A stretch of DNA of 63,286 nucleotides, filler included. It is 7 parts of 7 records of this genome, joined end to end, with 100 filler letters (N's around TTAATTAATTAA, not from the genome) between each part and the next. Parts side by side here need not be neighbours in the genome. Positions count along the whole stretch, not along the records: positions 56,936 to 63,286 come from SRR31156797_28245; 6 more parts are not named here. One strand, given 5' to 3'. Under the pieces are notes generated by a model. That model saw only the letters and a program-made list of their open reading frames with translations, was not told where the DNA came from and did not search any database. The translations under genes and the position numbers were made by a program. Positions 59,150-63,286 of the stretch are shown here, piece by piece. The stretch's first letter is position 1, and every line of letters begins with the position of its first letter.

Positions 59150-59584
59150 TTGCAATTTACCATGAAAAACAAAAAATTATACTTTAAAATCTATGGCGCT
59201 GCATTGGGCATATTTTTTGTGCTCGATATGATTTGGATCGGTTTTTTTGCCAATCGCTTTTACCGCAGCCGTTTGGATTACCTTCTGGCAGAATCGCCCG
59301 ATTTAATTGCTGCCGTCATTTTCTACCTGATCTTCGTCGGCGGTCTCATCTTTTTTGCTGTCCGCCCGGGGCTTGGGCACGACACATTGCTGCCCGGCAT
59401 CATCAAATCGGCTTTCTACGGACTGATAACATACGGGACCTATGGTCTGACGAATCTCGCCCTGATTGAAAACTGGCCAGTATCCATAACCATTGTGGAC
59501 ATGATCTGGGGAATTGCGGCATCGATCAGTGTCAGAACAATCAGCATCCTCTTTGGAAAACACCTTAAACCTCAGGGTCGCTGA
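59150..59584 (+). CDS. DUF2177 family membrane protein
   Basis: LDMIWIG..FY, FYLIF, YGTYGLTNLA..WP..VDMIWG; start may be ATG 59162. Confidence 0.82.
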   Translation: MQFTMKNKKLYFKIYGAALGIFFVLDMIWIGFFANRFYRSRLDYLLAESPDLIAAVIFYLIFVGGLIFFAVRPGLGHDTLLPGIIKSAFYGLITYGTYGLTNLALIENWPVSITIVDMIWGIAASISVRTISILFGKHLKPQGR

Positions 59585-60945
59585 AGTTTAGCATTTTCAA
59601 GTTGTGTTCGAATCTGATCATGCTGCCGTTCCGAAATTGGATAAAAACGAATGATGAAGATGGCCATAATATTGCAGAGGCATGGCACCAGGGCATAAAG
59701 AATCCTGAGCCAGATCACCGTGGATTCTGATTGTTCTATGTTGGGGTGGTAACCGGCATTTCCCAAAAGAACGAGGCCGATACCGATCCCCATGGCGGCG
59801 GACAGTTTTTTGGCAATTGACCAGAGCCCGATATACCGCCCTTCACGCCGTTTTCCGGTTAGCAGTTGATCATAATCAATGACATCGGCCTGGATTGAAG
59901 ACGGCAGGACCAACCCCGCCCCAAAACCTGTTCCGGAAAAAAACACCAGCACACCATAGGCAAAGGCATCTCCAGGCCCAAGAAAAAAAACACAGCTGAA
60001 AGCACCGGTGTTGATGACCATTGAAAGAATCCAGGCATTCTTTTTCCCAATCTTCCGTGAGACCAGAATCCAAATCGGCAGGCATAAAATACCGGTTAAA
60101 AAATAAATCAATAGAAACCCTTCTGCATTCTGAGACCGGAGCACATACTCAACATAGTAGAGAATCAAGGTGGCCGGCAGATTGCTGCCGAAGGCGCTGA
60201 TGGTGTATCCTGTGATCAATATTAAAAAGGGCCTGTTCTTGAGAACCGTTCCAAATCCCCCGAACAGCGTCTCTTTTTCGTTGCCCTTACATGTTTCCTT
60301 GATTTTGTGAATGCAATAGAAGGAACAGATGATGACCATCGGTGCAAACGCGAATGCCATAATGGAAAACAGCCCTTCGTCAGAAGGAATCTCACCCATT
60401 GCTTTCATTGCTCCGTCGATCAATAGGGGCGTTGCGGCGGCCAGAAGCGTGCCGGCAATTAAAAATCCGTCCCTGAATGCGAAAAGGGATGTCCTTTCAT
60501 GGTAGTCCGGGGTCAATTCCGGGCCAAGTGACTCATAGGGAATTGTTATCAGGGTCCAGAAAAAAAACAAGGCAAACAGCCAGAAACCAAAATAAAAACT
60601 CAGTTGGCTTCCCGACAGAACCGGGGGCCTGAACAAAAAAAGAATAGATACACCAAGGCCCAGCCCCCCCGCTGCTATGTATGGCATGCGCCTGCCAAAG
60701 CGGCTTGAGGTTTTATCGGACCAATAACCGATTAGGGGATCTGTCACGGCATCAAAAATTCTTACAGCCATGAGCAGGCCCCCTATTGTTGTCATGCTCA
60801 GACCAAGGGTATCCGTATAAAATTTGGGCATAAAAACATATACGGGAATACCGATAACAGCCAGGGGCAGGGCCGGAAGTGCATAGGCAAACTTATCTGC
60901 AAGTGATAGCCGAGCCTTATTGATCCCGTCGTTTTTGGCGTTCAT
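59572..60945 (-). CDS. MFS transporter (GPH/MelB-like)
   Basis: 12 TM; FDAVTDPLIGYWSD, GRRMPY, ELTPDYHERT, ADVIDYD, RREGRY. Confidence 0.9.
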   Translation of the reverse strand: MNAKNDGINKARLSLADKFAYALPALPLAVIGIPVYVFMPKFYTDTLGLSMTTIGGLLMAVRIFDAVTDPLIGYWSDKTSSRFGRRMPYIAAGGLGLGVSILFLFRPPVLSGSQLSFYFGFWLFALFFFWTLITIPYESLGPELTPDYHERTSLFAFRDGFLIAGTLLAAATPLLIDGAMKAMGEIPSDEGLFSIMAFAFAPMVIICSFYCIHKIKETCKGNEKETLFGGFGTVLKNRPFLILITGYTISAFGSNLPATLILYYVEYVLRSQNAEGFLLIYFLTGILCLPIWILVSRKIGKKNAWILSMVINTGAFSCVFFLGPGDAFAYGVLVFFSGTGFGAGLVLPSSIQADVIDYDQLLTGKRREGRYIGLWSIAKKLSAAMGIGIGLVLLGNAGYHPNIEQSESTVIWLRILYALVPCLCNIMAIFIIRFYPISERQHDQIRTQLENAKLQRP

Positions 60946-61520
60946 GTTTTTTCCCCAAGCAGTCTATCCCGGAAATCTTCGTCTATGGGATCATCTCCGA
61001 TCCATATGCCAAACAACACCGCTGCAAATTCGGCCCCCCCGATCACCCCCAGGGGTGTGGTATTATAAATCAATTGGGTCCCCTTTCCGGGAACATACGC
61101 CAGGGCATACCTGTCACCGGGTTCAACGCTTTGATACAGTCTGTTCAATGATGCCAGTTCAGGCGTAATTCTATTGAACACATCACTGGTTACAGATGCC
61201 TTAATCTTTTGACGGGTGGCCTTGGCAAAATCATCAGCCGATATGGAAACACGGTATTCCAATTCAAGATATTTCACTATATTGTCAAGGGCCTGGGATC
61301 CGTCCATGCCTTCAGGCAGATACAGGGCTCCGGCATAAGCCTCCATAAATATCAGATACCTGAGCATGGCAACCCCCGTTAACCGGAGCCCTTTTTCTTC
61401 TATCTCAATGGCATTTCTAAATCGAACGCCCTCTATCATAGTGCTTTTTGCACTCAGATTTCCACCCCCTGAAAGCAACACCCCAATGGCCATTACGATT
61501 ATATGTATCTTCGATTTCAT
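60942..61520 (-). CDS. Chalcone-isomerase-like exported protein
   Basis: Signal peptide; LTGVAM..YAGALYL..V.PGD..FGIWIGDDP..LLG. Confidence 0.82.
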   Translation of the reverse strand: MKSKIHIIVMAIGVLLSGGGNLSAKSTMIEGVRFRNAIEIEEKGLRLTGVAMLRYLIFMEAYAGALYLPEGMDGSQALDNIVKYLELEYRVSISADDFAKATRQKIKASVTSDVFNRITPELASLNRLYQSVEPGDRYALAYVPGKGTQLIYNTTPLGVIGGAEFAAVLFGIWIGDDPIDEDFRDRLLGEKT

Positions 61521-61684
61521 TGGATGACCTTATTTTTGCTTAGTGTTAATCCCTTTTTCTGACCTACACTAAAAACTTAAAACATCAGCCATTGAATTCA
61601 ATGCGGGGGGTAAAAGGGTTTAATGATAGGTTATAACCATCATATATGCTGGAATCGTATCAACGCGCCTGAATTTAAAAACAA

Positions 61685-62569
61685 TCAGGACATGGAAAGC
61701 AGAAAAGAACGAAGGTTGGTCCGGGTATTTTTCAACCCCAGCTTGTCGCGCAGATTTTTCCTATGGAAACTGACCGTTGCCTCTGAAACAAACAGAATAT
61801 CGGCAATCTCTGATGTGGTTTTCCCATCTTTTACCAGTGAAGCGACCTGAATTTCCTGGGGTGTCAGCAGAATGTCCGCATTTTTAATATTCCGGATCAA
61901 AGGAGAAATAACTTCATTCAGATGATCATCAATAATATTGACAAGGGTTCTATCCCTTTCGCCCAGTCCGCTCTCTTTGAGTCTTGTAATATACGGATGG
62001 ATTAAAGTTTTTATATTTGATAAAAAATTTTTCTCCATTGCGGCCTTATCCTCCTCCCTCTGGCGTAACAGGACTTTCAAGGCCGTATTCAATTCATTCA
62101 GACTCTGATTTTTATCTTCAAGCTGCTTTTGATTTTCTTTCAAGGCTTCCTGGGCCAGTTTCAGTTGGGTGATATCTTCATGGGAAATGATGATCCGCGG
62201 GGGAATTTGATCTTCGACCAATATCGCCCGCATGTAAAACCATCTGGGCCCTTCTGGTGAATGACAGGGATAATCGTATAAAAATTCGTCGATTTCCCTG
62301 TTGATGACCTTTCTTATCCCTGAAGACACAGCGTTGGCATCGCCGACACCTTCATCGCCGGCGGATTCACAAACGGCCAGGTAATTCATCTGCCTGAAAT
62401 CAAAGGTTTCGGGCAACCCGTTTGCAAGGGAAAAATTCCGCCATGCCTGGTTGATTTCAAGAATAAAGCCGTTTTCATCAATGATCGCAATGTGTGCAGA
62501 AACGGAATTAAAAACATTGTGAAGCAGGTGGCTGGAAAAAACAGATAAATTGCCTTGATTTTTACCCAT
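61685..62569 (-). CDS. PAS-domain LuxR-family transcriptional regulator
   Basis: PAS (IAIIDENG..YPCHSP..WF), coiled coil, HTH LTPQEIQVA..TVSFHRKNLRDKLG; ATG 62569 with AAGGTG. Confidence 0.88.
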   Translation of the reverse strand: MGKNQGNLSVFSSHLLHNVFNSVSAHIAIIDENGFILEINQAWRNFSLANGLPETFDFRQMNYLAVCESAGDEGVGDANAVSSGIRKVINREIDEFLYDYPCHSPEGPRWFYMRAILVEDQIPPRIIISHEDITQLKLAQEALKENQKQLEDKNQSLNELNTALKVLLRQREEDKAAMEKNFLSNIKTLIHPYITRLKESGLGERDRTLVNIIDDHLNEVISPLIRNIKNADILLTPQEIQVASLVKDGKTTSEIADILFVSEATVSFHRKNLRDKLGLKNTRTNLRSFLLSMS

Positions 62570-62752
62570 GGATTCACCTTCATTCAATAAATGCCATGCT
62601 CTATTTAACCTGAATTTATCATTGCTGCAAACCCCTAAATAAAATCTTAGCCACAGACCCCATAATATCAAAGAATTGATTGCGATTTCAACCATCCTTG
62701 GATATACAGTGAATATCGCCAATTTTCTATTTGAGACATAGAGGTGGCTGTC

Positions 62753-63286
62753 ATGGAATACGACAAAATGAAAAACTTGAATATCGCCGTCATCGGGTCA
62801 GGGATCTCCGGTATCTGCTCAGCATATCTTCTGCAAAACCGGCACAGAGTGACATTGTTTGAAAAAAACGATTATTTCGGCGGCCATACCCATACGGTTC
62901 GGATCCCCGGGGGGCCGGATAAAAACACACCAGTGGATACCGGCTTCATCGTTCTCAATGAACGGACCTATCCCAATTTCATAAAATTTTTGTCCCGGCT
63001 TGGGATTGAAACATGCCCGACCAACATGTCATTTTCATATTATTGTGAAAAAACGGGCCTTAATTATGGCAGCGGGAGTCTGAATGCCTTGTTTGCACAA
63101 CGCTCAAATCTGGTGCGGCCTAAATTTTTGCGATTTGTTTACGAGATGGTACGCTTTCTTCAGGTGCTGAGAAAAGAATACCTTTCAGACCGCCTGGCCG
63201 ATATTCCATTGTATGATTACCTAAATCAAAAAGGGCTTCATCGAGAAGTGGCTGAACAGTTCATCATTCCCATGGCAGCAGCCATA
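62753..63286 (+). CDS. FAD-dependent oxidoreductase (amine-oxidase-like, cfa-cluster type), 3' partial
   Basis: Missing from the ORF track (no stop in the window). My translation: MEYDKMKNLNIAVIGSGISG..VTLFEKNDYFGGHTHTV..VDTGFIVLNERTYPNF..MSFS; GAGG RBS. Confidence 0.88.
   Translation, partial: MEYDKMKNLNIAVIGSGISGICSAYLLQNRHRVTLFEKNDYFGGHTHTVRIPGGPDKNTPVDTGFIVLNERTYPNFIKFLSRLGIETCPTNMSFSYYCEKTGLNYGSGSLNALFAQRSNLVRPKFLRFVYEMVRFLQVLRKEYLSDRLADIPLYDYLNQKGLHREVAEQFIIPMAAAI

Noticed and set aside
61527-62660. CCT(A/T)..CTTA(G/A) elements as LuxR boxes near 61528, 61563 and 62634
   Set aside because: Spacing differs between copies (16-18 nt) and similarity is too weak to support a call.

Overview
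This window is not one genome segment. It is seven unrelated contigs joined by 100-nt N-linkers carrying TTAATTAATTAA: 1-7087, 7188-15811, 15912-21724, 21825-33142, 33243-48612, 48713-56835 and 56936-63286. Gene content and composition suggest an anoxic-community metagenome; taxon labels are inferences. (1) A tungsten-type aldehyde oxidoreductase (AOR/WOR) is split in two at its domain boundary, with a HydC-HydB-HydA-like (Bfu/NuoEFG-like) module between and fused to the halves; an AAA ATPase and a Cys/Asp-repeat protein follow. (2) A deltaproteobacterial sigma-54/two-component cluster and a multicopper oxidase. (3) A Desulfovibrio-like TetR-shc-thioesterase unit, a sulfatase with its maturase, and a truncated tRNA-Arg. 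(4) A tetritol/polyol ABC-uptake and catabolism locus. (5) Bacteroidota core genes (nusA, rimP, lpxD, lpxC-fabZ, lpxA) followed by an accessory region: GH127, an HU-like/DUF4469 gene, a 7-unit palindromic repeat array and a frameshifted SIR2-TPR gene. (6) A low-GC contig with a pyroglutamate operon, yajC, an amidase, a membrane TPR protein with a degenerate Mrr-like domain, and yqeK. (7) A Desulfobacteraceae-like lipid-modification neighbourhood with a methyltransferase pseudogene. The best candidates for undescribed biology are the split AOR-Bfu complex (1-4933) and the HU-like gene / repeat array / SIR2-TPR module (46288-48612). All family assignments come from motif recognition by eye; no database search was run.
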